DNA of 64,000 bases, taken from contig OZ038378.1 of the NCBI GenBank assembly GCA_964036045.1, positions 178,808,001 to 178,872,000 on the forward strand, given 5' to 3'. The DNA comes from Eutreptiella sp. 'Long Island Sound 2002' (taxonomy: Eukaryota; Protista; Euglenida). The notes beneath the pieces are model-generated. The model was given only the letters and a program-made list of their open reading frames with translations. It made no database searches and was not told the origin of the DNA. Of this stretch, positions 35,901 through 43,303 are shown in pieces (the stretch's first letter is position 1; each line of letters opens with the position of its first letter). Made by a program: the position numbers and the translations under genes.

Positions 35901-37676
35901 CAAGGACCACTTTCGGCCTCTGCAACGTGGAATTGCCCAAGGGCAATGGAATACTCCTCCCATTTCTGCAAAATCGACCGCCCTTGTCAGGCGGTCTGCC
36001 ACATTTCCCTTTCATCTACTCTATTGCTACCCAGACCCTTAGAAGCAGAGGAGTTCCCATTGTGCAGAGGCACGTGTCTCGCACTGCCCTCTGTTGCGGG
36101 AGTTCACAAACCGCGCACGCACCGTGCGCACACCGTGTCAGGCATTTGAACAACTTCTCCAGCAAATAGACTACCTTTGAATCCCTTGTAAATTGTCCCT
36201 TGGTGGTAGTTGCTGGGGGAAGAGTGATGGCAGGGTGTGAGGGCCCTCCGGGCGAGCTCACATGCAACCGGTGCAGCAACAGGCTGAAAGATGACAAATT
36301 ATTGCACACCAATCCCGATTTTGCATGTGGCTACACTGCCCAGGTTCCTTCTGAAGTGTGAGATACAGCTTTTGAGGGGGCAAAAGCATAGGATCCAACA
36401 GCACATAGCCTCTAGGTTAGCTGAAACAGTCCACTTAACCACCCAAGCACCGCCTGTGCACCGCGCGCACAGACCACGTCTGATACCCCCCCCCCCCCCC
36501 CTGGGAAAGAGGCTCTTGAGCAGCTGCTGCGCACCGCTCAGGTCATCCGCAAACGACTTCTTCGGCCCGACCGAAGCTGTTGCCGCCGGCCCTTGTCACA
36601 TTTTCTCTTTCTGATCAAAAGTGATTGTGTCGGGTGTCTTACACCCTGCCCCCCCTTCTCAATCCACCAGCTCAGCACCTCATGTGAGGCAAAAGGGGCC
36701 GTGGTCGTCCTGTGTGCCCCCCTGCTCTCCCGGACTCTCCGCAGTGCTTCATTTTTTTCGGACTTCAGATATTTCAGATCACCTTCGTGTTGCTTCTGTG
36801 TTAGCATGTGTGGTTAGGGTCAGGCAGCAGGTGTGCAGGACGCCTACCTGATGCTTGATGTCGGAGGTGTACTTTGCGCACTGCTCTCTATCGCTGATTG
36901 CGCCTGCACAGAGTGCGTGCGAACACTCGATATCTTGTGCTCATGGTTTCTGCGAAGCTGCCAAGGTCATGCTTGTGCGTCTGCCGTGCCGTAGGATGTG
37001 ACCGGCATTGCAAAACCCAAGAGCCGAAAACGAAGGACTGACAGGGGCCCCGTGCTTGGCCACAGGCGATGGTCACTACCATCTGCACTGTGTCAAACAT
37101 TCATCTCATTCGACACGCCAGGCCGCAAAAAACTATCGCATCCTGCTCGACAGAGCGCGGGATAAGACGCACCCCCATACCATCATGACAATCACTACTC
37201 CCTAACAGTCAGGAGAGACGGACAATCCCAAACTCAGGACAGGCACTACCCCCCGCCCGCGAAGTGGCATCCCACCGAAGAGCACGGAACTGCTGCATCA
37301 ACATGTTGATGTTGGTCACCATCGATTAGCGCTTTTCGCCCTCGTCGACAAGTCCAATACACACGGCTGTTGGGCCACACAACCATCAACAACGCATACT
37401 TGCGGATGTTGTCGAGGGCTGACCAATATTCGCTGGTTCGGTTGACGCTGAACATTTTGGCGCCGCGTTCTGCACCACGCTCTCCTTTTGCTCACCCCAA
37501 CTGTACCTGGGTCTGAGAAATCGGGACCGCCAGGCAGACATGTCCGCCTCCAAATCTGCGTCTAGGCTGTTCATCACTTCAATGTACATTTCACTGTCAT
37601 CGCCATGGACTATGCGGCCCCTCAGCGGACTTCCGCACGCATTCTTTGTGCCCGTAGCCTCAGAACTATGATTCAT
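3027..37676 (-). CDS. STRIP1: STRIP1/2 (FAM40)/Far11 homolog, STRIPAK complex subunit; multi-exon gene envelope, about 920-960 aa (N1221 + DUF3402 domains)
   Basis: Exon peptides match family motifs in colinear order: DADLEADMSAW..YSW, FLPMKKILLLLWK, IPFPIREALAVL, PVEVLYEALLP, RRHKEVVLKAVSYVLLLLAKYF, ANGILLILKYLNQ, CINFVRLLHKLTK, GRKWRSSNMKMYSLVYKKVRHDL, LCAFNKREY. GT-AG boundaries have compatible phases at every junction except one, which needs a micro-exon. Confidence 0.9.
4814..4921 (-). CDS. STRIP1: STRIP homolog exon 12
   Basis: ttttgtgccctcag|AAA GTG CGC CAT gives YK|KVRHDLCD, equivalent to the family YQKVRHRLND. Donor CAG|gttcgt; 108 nt, phase 0-0. Confidence 0.8.
5324..7250. repeat. 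Dispersed ~1.2-kb element, copy 1 (interrupted by a 759-bp insertion at 5554-6312)
   Basis: (GATTT)n head followed by GGGCCGATCTTGAGGCTCACAGGCCG; GCAGC-rich middle; degenerate CAGCACAGGGYGGAGGG repeats. Colinear with 17824-18960. Confidence 0.85.
7384..7770. repeat. Dispersed hairpin-headed repeat family (other copies at about 3800-4030, 11430-11480, 27673-27770, 49298-49600)
   Basis: Shared CCCCAACATACATACCTCAAAATGATCCCC..CGCTGATCATT motif and TGAGTATTTTGAGTA(T/C)AGACAC block. Confidence 0.8.
9149..9425 (-). CDS. STRIP1: STRIP homolog exon 11
   Basis: Long pyrimidine tract, then caacag|C. CINFVRLLHKLTKG..MKRILKLQQDDLVLYVAKILKSILRAVGRKWRSSNMKMYSLVYK. Donor AAA|gtgtgc. Confidence 0.92.
11293..11360 (-). 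other. Degenerate tRNA-like sequence
   Basis: TACCCTAGTGG ... GGTTCAATTCC; anticodon arm is unpaired. Confidence 0.45.
11698..11826 (-). pseudogene. PIF/Harbinger-type (DDE_Tnp_4-like) transposase fragment
   Basis: LFNPKYAGRVYKIIVAVDNFGNIVWICDLMLGTSVDVMI matches the Y..K....K.....D..G.I......G...D segment of Harbinger/IS5-like nucleases. Confidence 0.55.
12355..12667 (-). CDS. STRIP1: STRIP homolog exon 10
   Basis: ccgtgttgcag|AG. LRRHKEVVLKAVSYVLLLLAKYFHRNHPFQ..IVDANGILLILKYLNQ. Donor TCA AG|gtgtgt, phase 2. Confidence 0.92.
14762..15113 (-). CDS. STRIP1: STRIP homolog exon 9 (acidic linker + start of DUF3402)
   Basis: gtggtgcag|ATT. Poly-E tract, then PVEVLYEALLPIMTPVVLSLLKLFLAALP. Donor GCG G|gtgtgt, phase 1. 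Confidence 0.88.
15324..15714. repeat. AT-rich foldback built from direct and inverted ACCTAGTAA(A)n motifs
   Basis: More than 10 copies of CCTAGTA/TACTAGG separated by A/T runs. A related ACTTAGTAA block lies at 6055-6125. Confidence 0.75.
16801..16911 (-). CDS. Optional STRIP exon in the variable linker
   Basis: aaccag|GGT ... CAA|gtccgt; 111 nt, phase 0-0, open frame. Can be skipped without frameshift; no homology support. Confidence 0.35.
17285..17577 (-). CDS. STRIP1: STRIP homolog exon 8
   Basis: gcgttgtgcag|GA, phase 1. MAIPFPIREALAVLARQH matches the family LP.PI.E....L..H motif. Donor AAG|gtgtgc. Confidence 0.85.
17824..19325. repeat. Dispersed element, copy 2 (uninterrupted), with an expanded ~40-bp degenerate tandem tail
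   Basis: (GATTT)10 followed by the same head. Repeats of CAGCACAGGGCGG..CCCCTGTGCAC continue to about 19325. Confidence 0.85.
19711..21818. repeat. Pair of ~190-bp inverted repeats (19711-19905 and 21635-21818)
   Basis: CAGCGAAGAAATCCCAA..GCAGCTT..CTGGATCTCG..CCCCAAACAC..GGAAA(C)CCAAAATGTCTCT on the left appears reverse-complemented on the right. Confidence 0.75.
22200..22622. repeat. Degenerate 8-bp (CACTGTGG/GGGACTGT) minisatellite in alternating orientation; second copy at 62510-62712
   Basis: Runs of ccacagtg, then ctgtggca/ctgtggga, then cccacagt. Confidence 0.85.
22685..22908 (-). CDS. STRIP1: STRIP homolog exon 7
   Basis: ccttgaccgcag|G TAC, phase 2. Contains LQNFLPMKKILLLLWKLMLCGLG. 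Donor CCT G|gtcagt, phase 1. Confidence 0.9.
23671..24200 (+). mobile_element. Tc1/mariner (pogo-like) non-autonomous element with a remnant transposase C-terminus
   Basis: TIRs AA(C)12TTAAAAGC / GCTTTTAAA(G)11TT, flanked by TA on both sides (23669-70, 24201-02). Internal frame ends PKQLSMAAFLKEN*. Confidence 0.75.
29822..29961. repeat. Compound microsatellite (GCT)n-(GGT)n-(GTT)n
   Basis: Directly visible trinucleotide runs. Confidence 0.95.
30971..31432 (-). CDS. GlcG/HbpS-family heme-binding protein (DUF336), nested in a STRIP intron
   Basis: Open frame with ISLSKAK..GWAMAIAVVDTGGHLIYFER..A..SLQMAIDKAKCSV..GGMPLEMNGEIVGAIGISGGSAKEDGIVAAAG, the full GlcG/HbpS signature. Stop at 30971. The 5' end is either ATG 31432 or a splice acceptor at 31406. 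Confidence 0.9.
   Translation of the reverse strand: MPISSFHSSPRRLVPTKVKPYGKSISLSKAKGLAHICSQEALANGWAMAIAVVDTGGHLIYFEREEGTQIASLQMAIDKAKCSVGFKKPTKDFEDRIANGTLRILGMDSVVPVEGGMPLEMNGEIVGAIGISGGSAKEDGIVAAAGVQALPTI
31537..31565 (-). CDS. Candidate 29-nt micro-exon (phase 0 in, phase 2 out)
   Basis: attgtgtag|TGTTGGTCCTATGAACGCAGGCATGGGAG|gtatgt. Strong donor. Supplies the phase change needed between exon 6 and the 22908 exon. Confidence 0.4.
31746..31865 (-). CDS. STRIP1: STRIP homolog exon 6
   Basis: ccttgcgag|GCC ... CAG|gtagcg; 120 nt. KQSLRSHMNQP resembles the RQTFRAELGSP segment that precedes the PMKK motif. Confidence 0.55.
32215..32259 (-). CDS. STRIP1: STRIP homolog probable exon 5
   Basis: cttctgacatgaag|TCA...AGG|gtcagc. 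SHDKLSNVLIRVLCR resembles the conserved LRVLLN segment. Confidence 0.5.
32350..32412 (-). other. Degenerate tRNA-like sequence
   Basis: TAGATGAGTTGG ... GACTCGTGA ... GGTCATGGGTTTGAACCC; broken anticodon stem. Confidence 0.45.
32609..32716 (-). CDS. STRIP1: STRIP homolog probable exon 4
   Basis: gtggcag|GCC ... CAG|gtgtgg; 108 nt, phase 0-0, open frame. Weak homology; an alternative frame (RVKQLLQNWEALS) also looks plausible. Confidence 0.45.
33339..33689 (-). CDS. STRIP1: STRIP homolog exon 3
   Basis: cccttgtgcag|CAT, phase 0. QWQRFLE..VLKMLGDTLQ..RAQARRTAQDLVQTLTG..QEHVHISAQADRVVEKCLEKG aligns with the N1221 helices. Donor GAG|gtcggc. Confidence 0.7.
34888..35285. mobile_element. TA-flanked MITE with poly-C/TATTTAGTCCT termini
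   Basis: Left TA-A(C)n-TATTTAGTCCT; right AGGACTAAATAT(G)12-TA. Internal direct repeats of TTAGTCCTCCCC and of a ~45-bp block. Confidence 0.65.
36175..36212 (-). CDS. STRIP1: STRIP homolog probable small exon 2
   Basis: ctccccccag|CA...AAG|gtagtc; 38 nt; bridges phase 1 to phase 0 exactly as needed. No homology support. Confidence 0.45.
37424..37676 (-). CDS. STRIP1: STRIP homolog exon 1 (start codon)
   Basis: ccatctttcag|G-ATG start. Peptide YIEVMNSLDADLEADMSAW..RYSWGEQKESVVQN resembles the start of the N1221 domain. Donor ATT G|gtcagc, phase 1. Confidence 0.65.
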
Positions 37677-38369
37677 CCTGAAAGATGGGACCGAACGGGC
37701 TACAAAGAAACTTTAGATGTGCTGAGGCAGGAGCAAATGTAGCCCCATCGACAACCTGCACCGTGTAACCCTCCTTCATCTCAGCAACGTTGGCCTCTTC
37801 GCTGGAGCCGCTGCCCCCTCCCTGGTGCCCCCACTTTCCTGTAGTGCAGAAATACCCCCATTCGAGACAAGAGCCCACACAGCAGCAACCGCCCAGGTCA
37901 AGCATACCAAATGGACTACGTGCCCTTTTGAGTCAAGTGATTGGGAACTCTCCTTCTTCAATCTCAGTGGGACGCAGTGACTCAAACCACGAGTGGTGTA
38001 CGATACTGTATGACCATTTTGCAGGTTGCTACAATAGCCTGCTGTATAGGAATGTGGCAAAGACAGGGCTGTCCTTAACGCAAAAAAAAAAAAAATCCCG
38101 TCCGGTACGGGGTAATTTCAAAAGAGCCCGCGGACAGTACATGTCTTCACCCCGGTGTTCCCAATTGTTCAACCATGAGTCCCTAGCCCCAAATTGGTCT
38201 CAGCACATAACCATATGATCCTTGCCCCACATGTGTTGCATGACCCTACCTCACACCCTGCACAATTCAACATGAAGAAGAGCAATACTTTTTTTGAATC
38301 AAATATAGTGATGCAGCGTTCGACCACCCGAATGTTCCATCGCCGGTGGCACAGCTGGAAACAAACTCC

Positions 38370-40517
38370 CTACTGCTGGTACAACCTGTGGAAGTGCACC
38401 CTGACACGCTCCATAAGCTCACCCTTCCCCCCTCTCACACTCAAACCATGCTTCCTACAAATGGCCTGAAACTCAACCTTAGTCCACTCATGCAACCTCC
38501 CCCTCTCCATTGCACTCAACACCGCCTCATCCACATCATACCGAAACACCAACTGCGTGCCAGGGTTAGAAGAGGTGGAGGGGACAGCTGAGGGGTTAGG
38601 AAGGTCAGAAGAGGAGCTACTGGCAACTGCATCTGCCTGCTCCATATCCTCGTCCTCACTGTCTTCGTCCTCACCCTCCAACTCAACCCCATACACATCG
38701 CCAATGTCGGCGTCACGTGTCGCCCTCTTGGGGACAACCCACAAATCTCGAATGTCCAACGGAACCTCCGCCTCAACATCCTCTTCCAAAGAAACTGCCA
38801 AATCCTTGAAAGCCGCAAACCCAAGCAAACCACCATCTTCCACCTCAACCGCATGCCCTTGCTTCCGTTTGCGCGGGCGGAAAGGGGCCTTCCGAAGGTC
38901 CTCAAAAACCTCAAAGGGCCCCCAATCCTCTGGTGCCTCCCCATTGCACCTTACCCACAGCGTCTCACACATGCGCTCCGTGGTTTGGCCAAAGTCCGTA
39001 GCCGTCACGTAGCTAAAAACTCTCTCACACGAACACGAGCTTGCCTCAACCCAATCCTCCAGGTTAGCACTGCCATCCCACTCAGCTCGCTTGAATCGTG
39101 CTTGTACGTCCTCAATCAAACTACGAAGAAACTTCATCCGGCTACCCTTGATGACGCTACTCCCTACGTCAACACCCAACGATTCCTCCCACCCCCCTGG
39201 AATGACATGACGCATGGTGTGCAACAGCTGTGTGCACATCACGTTCATCAAACCCTGGACGGCGGCGACCCGTGCCCCCCTGGTCACTTGAACTTTCTTG
39301 CTTGTGGCACAAACCACAGCAAAAACATCGCAAAAAAAGGCTGCCGTCAACTTGAAGAGGGGGTGTGAAAGTGCATCGAACAAGCCCTGGGCCTTCTCCC
39401 TCCGCCCCAGGTCAGCCTCATGACTAATGTACTCGGGCAAGTGTTCCACAACAGCAGGCAAATTCTCTAGCACAATATCAAGCTCGTGGAACATTGCTTC
39501 CACCCAACGCACACCAGTGCGGCGGGAGAAACAAAACTTCCCCCCCTTGCGCCACAACCCCCGCATGCGCTTCGAGCTGGTCCTGTAGAAGCAGGCCAGG
39601 AAGGACACCAGATCATCCAGTGCATCGTACCACAGCTTGACCTTTCCCTTTGCAGTGCTGATCGCTCGCATCAGGCTATGTGCCGCATCCTTCACCCAAG
39701 CAATGAGTTCCCTCCCCCCTTTCTCCCTTACATTGTTCAGCAGACCCACATAGGCACCCATAGTGCCGGCACCATCCGAGACCACTGCGATGATGCGCTC
39801 CTCAATCACCTTCCACTCAATGCCCAGCTGGTCAAACACCTTCCGGACGGTGTCATCATACAGCTGAGCATTTGCCGCATCAGGGTCACCATCGGCCGTT
39901 TCACTCCCTTCCCCCCCCTCCCTCCCCTGGGCTCGCACCATGTAAGCAAGGCCGACAAAAATTTCCTCTTCTGGAGTGCGCACAAAAACTGCAAGTGGCT
40001 CACTCTTGGCCCCCCTTCGAGCGCCAGCATCCAGCACAATTGCAACCTTCCGTGCTCTCAACACACGGTTCCTTGTTCGCCGGCGACCTTGTCCGACGAT
40101 CAAGGCACGTAGTCGTTGGTAGGCCGACCCGCTGCTGTAGTTGCGCTGGCCATCTTTGGCCTTGATGCCATCTAGGTGGCACAACCGGCTGTAAAAGGCT
40201 CGGCCTTTGCCTGCGTGCAACGTCGCATAGCAGTTCACCGTGGCCCTTTGCACGGGCGCTGGGATGCAACGTGGGGGGTCTTGGGCAGGGGAATTGTCTG
40301 CGCGTGCAACAGGGTCAGCGGGGGGCAACCAGCGCTGATGCGTGGCACTTGCCGCGTGGGCGGCAATGACATGCCGCTCTTTTGGGGCGGAGCCTGCGCA
40401 CCAGGGACGACCCCATTCTAAGGGGGGTGCCAATTGGCGGCGCATATTGCACACTTGGACCCGGAAATGGTGGTCCGGTGCCATGGGTGGATAGCAGCTA
40501 TGGGAAGTAGATGGCAA
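38370..40517 (-). CDS. hAT transposase (ZNF862/DUF4371-like) with C-terminal SAP-like domain; N-terminal zinc finger frameshifted
   Basis: 715-codon ORF. Catalytic-like AIVLDAG, AVVSDGAGTM, KDAAHSL (CxxH position), FSRRTGVRW and SSCSCERVFS. Acidic tract, then LHEWTKVEFQAICRKHGLSVRGGKGELMERV. The true start is uncertain. Confidence 0.85.
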   Translation of the reverse strand: MPSTSHSCYPPMAPDHHFRVQVCNMRRQLAPPLEWGRPWCAGSAPKERHVIAAHAASATHQRWLPPADPVARADNSPAQDPPRCIPAPVQRATVNCYATLHAGKGRAFYSRLCHLDGIKAKDGQRNYSSGSAYQRLRALIVGQGRRRTRNRVLRARKVAIVLDAGARRGAKSEPLAVFVRTPEEEIFVGLAYMVRAQGREGGEGSETADGDPDAANAQLYDDTVRKVFDQLGIEWKVIEERIIAVVSDGAGTMGAYVGLLNNVREKGGRELIAWVKDAAHSLMRAISTAKGKVKLWYDALDDLVSFLACFYRTSSKRMRGLWRKGGKFCFSRRTGVRWVEAMFHELDIVLENLPAVVEHLPEYISHEADLGRREKAQGLFDALSHPLFKLTAAFFCDVFAVVCATSKKVQVTRGARVAAVQGLMNVMCTQLLHTMRHVIPGGWEESLGVDVGSSVIKGSRMKFLRSLIEDVQARFKRAEWDGSANLEDWVEASSCSCERVFSYVTATDFGQTTERMCETLWVRCNGEAPEDWGPFEVFEDLRKAPFRPRKRKQGHAVEVEDGGLLGFAAFKDLAVSLEEDVEAEVPLDIRDLWVVPKRATRDADIGDVYGVELEGEDEDSEDEDMEQADAVASSSSSDLPNPSAVPSTSSNPGTQLVFRYDVDEAVLSAMERGRLHEWTKVEFQAICRKHGLSVRGGKGELMERVRVHFHRLYQQ

Positions 40518-43303
40518 TTGGCTACCTCACCCCTGCCGTATCGGGGAGCCCCACCGCCTCAGAGCGGGGGCAAACAGAAGTGGCCCACAAGTGGGCAAAT
40601 TCGGCTACCTCACCCCTGCCGTATCGGGGAGCCCCACCGCCTCAGAGCGGGGGGCAAAATCAGAAGTGGCCCACAAGTGGGCAAATTGGCTACCTCACCC
40701 CTGCCGTATCGGGGAGCCCACCGCCTCAGAGCGGGGGGCAAAATCAGAAGTGGCCCACAAGTGGGCAAATTGGCTACCTCACCCCTGCCGTATCGGGGAG
40801 CCCCCACCGCTTCAGAGCGGGGGCAAAATCAGAAGTGGCCCACAAGTGGGCAAATTTTCTACCTCACCCCTGCCGTATCGGGGAGCCCCACCGCTTCAGA
40901 GCGGGGGGCAAAATCAGAAGTGGCCCACAAGTGGGCAAATTGGCTACCTCACCCCTGCCGTATCGGGGAGCCCCACCGCTTCAGAGCGGGGGGCAAAATC
41001 AGAAGTGGCCCACAAGTGGGCAAATTGGCTACCTCACCCCTGCCGTATCGGGGAGCCCCACCGCCTCAGAGCGGGGGGCAAAATCAGAAGTGGCCCACAA
41101 GTGGGCAAATTGGCTACCTCACCCCTGCCGTATCGGGGAGCCCCACCGCCTCAGAGCGGGGGGCAAAATCAGAAGTGGCCCACAAGTGGGCAAATTGGCT
41201 ACCTCACCCCTGCCGTATCGGGGAGCCCCACCGCTCAGAGCGGGGGGCAAAATCAGAAGTGGCCCACAAGTGGGCAAATTTCTACCTCACCCCTGCCGTA
41301 TCGGGGAGCCCCCCACCGCCTCAGAGCGGGGGGCAAAATCAGAAGTGGCCCACAAGTGGGCAAATTGGCTACCTCACCCCTGCCGTATCGGGGAGCCCCA
41401 CCGCCTCAGAGCGGGGGGCAAAATCAGAAGTGGCCCACAAGTGGGCAAATTGGCTACCTCACCCCTGCCGTATCGGGGAGCCCCACCGCCTCAGAGCGGG
41501 GGGCAAAATCAGAAGTGGCCCACAAGTGGGCAAATTGGCTACCTCACCCCTGCCGTATCGGGGAGCCCCACCGCCTCAGAGCGGGGGGCAAAATCAGAAG
41601 TGGCCCACAAGTGGGCAAATTGGCTACCTCACCCCTGCCGTATCGGGGAGCCCCACCGCCTCAGAGCGGGGGGCAAAATCAGAAGTGGCCCACAAGTGGG
41701 CAAATTGGCTACCTCACCCCTGCCGTATCGGGGAGCCCCACCGCCTCAGAGCGGGGGGCAAAATCAGAAGTGGCCCACAAGTGGGCAAATTGGCTACCTC
41801 ACCCCTGCCGTATCGGGGAGCCCACCGCCTCAGAGCGGGGGGCAAAATCAGAAGTGGCCCACAAGTGGGCAAATTGGCTACCTCACCCCTGCCGTATCGG
41901 GGAGCCCCACCGCTTCAGAGCGGGGGGCAAAATCAGAAGTGGCCCACAAGTGGGCAAATTGGCTACCTCACCCCTGCCGTATCGGGGAGCCCCACCGCCT
42001 CAGAGCGGGGGGCAAAAATCAGAAGTGGCCCACAAGTGGGCAAATTGGCTACCTCACCCCTGCCGTATCGGGGAGCCCCACCGCTTCAGAGCGGGGGGCA
42101 AAATCAGAAGTGGCCCACAAGTGGGCAAATTGGCTACCTCACCCCTGCCGTATCGGGGAGCCCCACCGCCTCAGAGCGGGGGGCAAAATCAGAAGTGGCC
42201 CACAAGTGGGCAAATTGGCTACCTCACCCCTGCCGTATCGGGGAGCCCCACCGCCTCAGAGCGGGGGGCAAAATCAGAAGTGGCCCACAAGTGGGCAAAT
42301 TGGCTACCTCACCCCTGCCGTATCGGGGAGCCCCACCGCCTCAGAGCGGGGGGCAAAATCAGAAGTGGCCCACAAGTGGGCAAATTGGCTACCTCACCCC
42401 TGCCGTATCGGGGAGCCCCACCGCCTCAGAGCGGGGGGCAAAATCAGAAGTGGCCCACAAGTGGGCAAATTGGCTACCTCACCCCTGCCGTATCGGGGAG
42501 CCCCACCGCCTCAGAGCGGGGGGCAAAATCAGAAGTGGCCCACAAGTGGGCAAATTGGCTACCTCACCCCTGCCGTATCGGGGAGCCCCACCGCCTCAGA
42601 GCGGGGGGCAAAATCAGAAGTGGCCCACAAGTGGGCAAATTGGCTACCTCACCCCTGCCGTATCGGGGAGCCCCACCGCCTCAGAGCGGGGGGCAAAATC
42701 AGAAGTGGCCCACAAGTGGGCAAATTGGCTACCTCACCCGTGCCGTATCGGGGAGCCCCACCGCTTCAGAGCGGGGGGCAAAATCAGAAGTGGCCCACAA
42801 GTGGGCAAATTGGCTACCTCACCCCTGCCGTATCGGGGAGCCCCACCGCTTCAGAGCGGGGGGCAAAATCAGAAGTGGCCCACAAGTGGGCAAATTGGCT
42901 ACCTCACCCCTGCCGTATCGGGGAGCCCCACCGCCTCAGAGCGGGGGGCAAAATCAGAAGTGGCCCACAAGTGGGCAAATTGGCTACCTCACCCCTGCCG
43001 TATCGGGGAGCCCCACCGCCTCAGAGCGGGGGGCAAAATCAGAAGTGGCCCACAAGTGGGCAAATTGGCTACCTCACCCCTGCCGTATCGGGGAGCCCCA
43101 CCGCTTCAGAGCGGGGGGCAAAATCAGAAGTGGCCCACAAGTGGGCAAATTGGCTACCTCACCCCTGCCGTATCGGGGAGCCCCACCGCTTCAGAGCGGG
43201 GGGCAAAATCAGAAGTGGCCCACAAGTGGGCAAATTGGCTACCTCACCCCTGCCGTATCGGGGAGCCCCACCGCCTCAGAGCGGGGGGCAAAATCAGAAG
43301 TGG
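40513..43303. repeat. 85-bp tandem array, about 33 near-identical copies, inside the hAT element
   Basis: Unit CGGGGAGCCCCACCGCYTCAGAGCGGGGGGCAAAATCAGAAGTGGCCCACAAGTGGGCAAATTGGCTACCTCACCCCTGCCGTAT. Period checked (41041 vs 41126). Variants are mostly one C/T site and 1-bp indels. Confidence 0.98.

Noticed and set aside
40513-43303. Possible CRISPR-like array
   Set aside because: Units are contiguous and near-identical with no unique spacers, and no cas genes are present.
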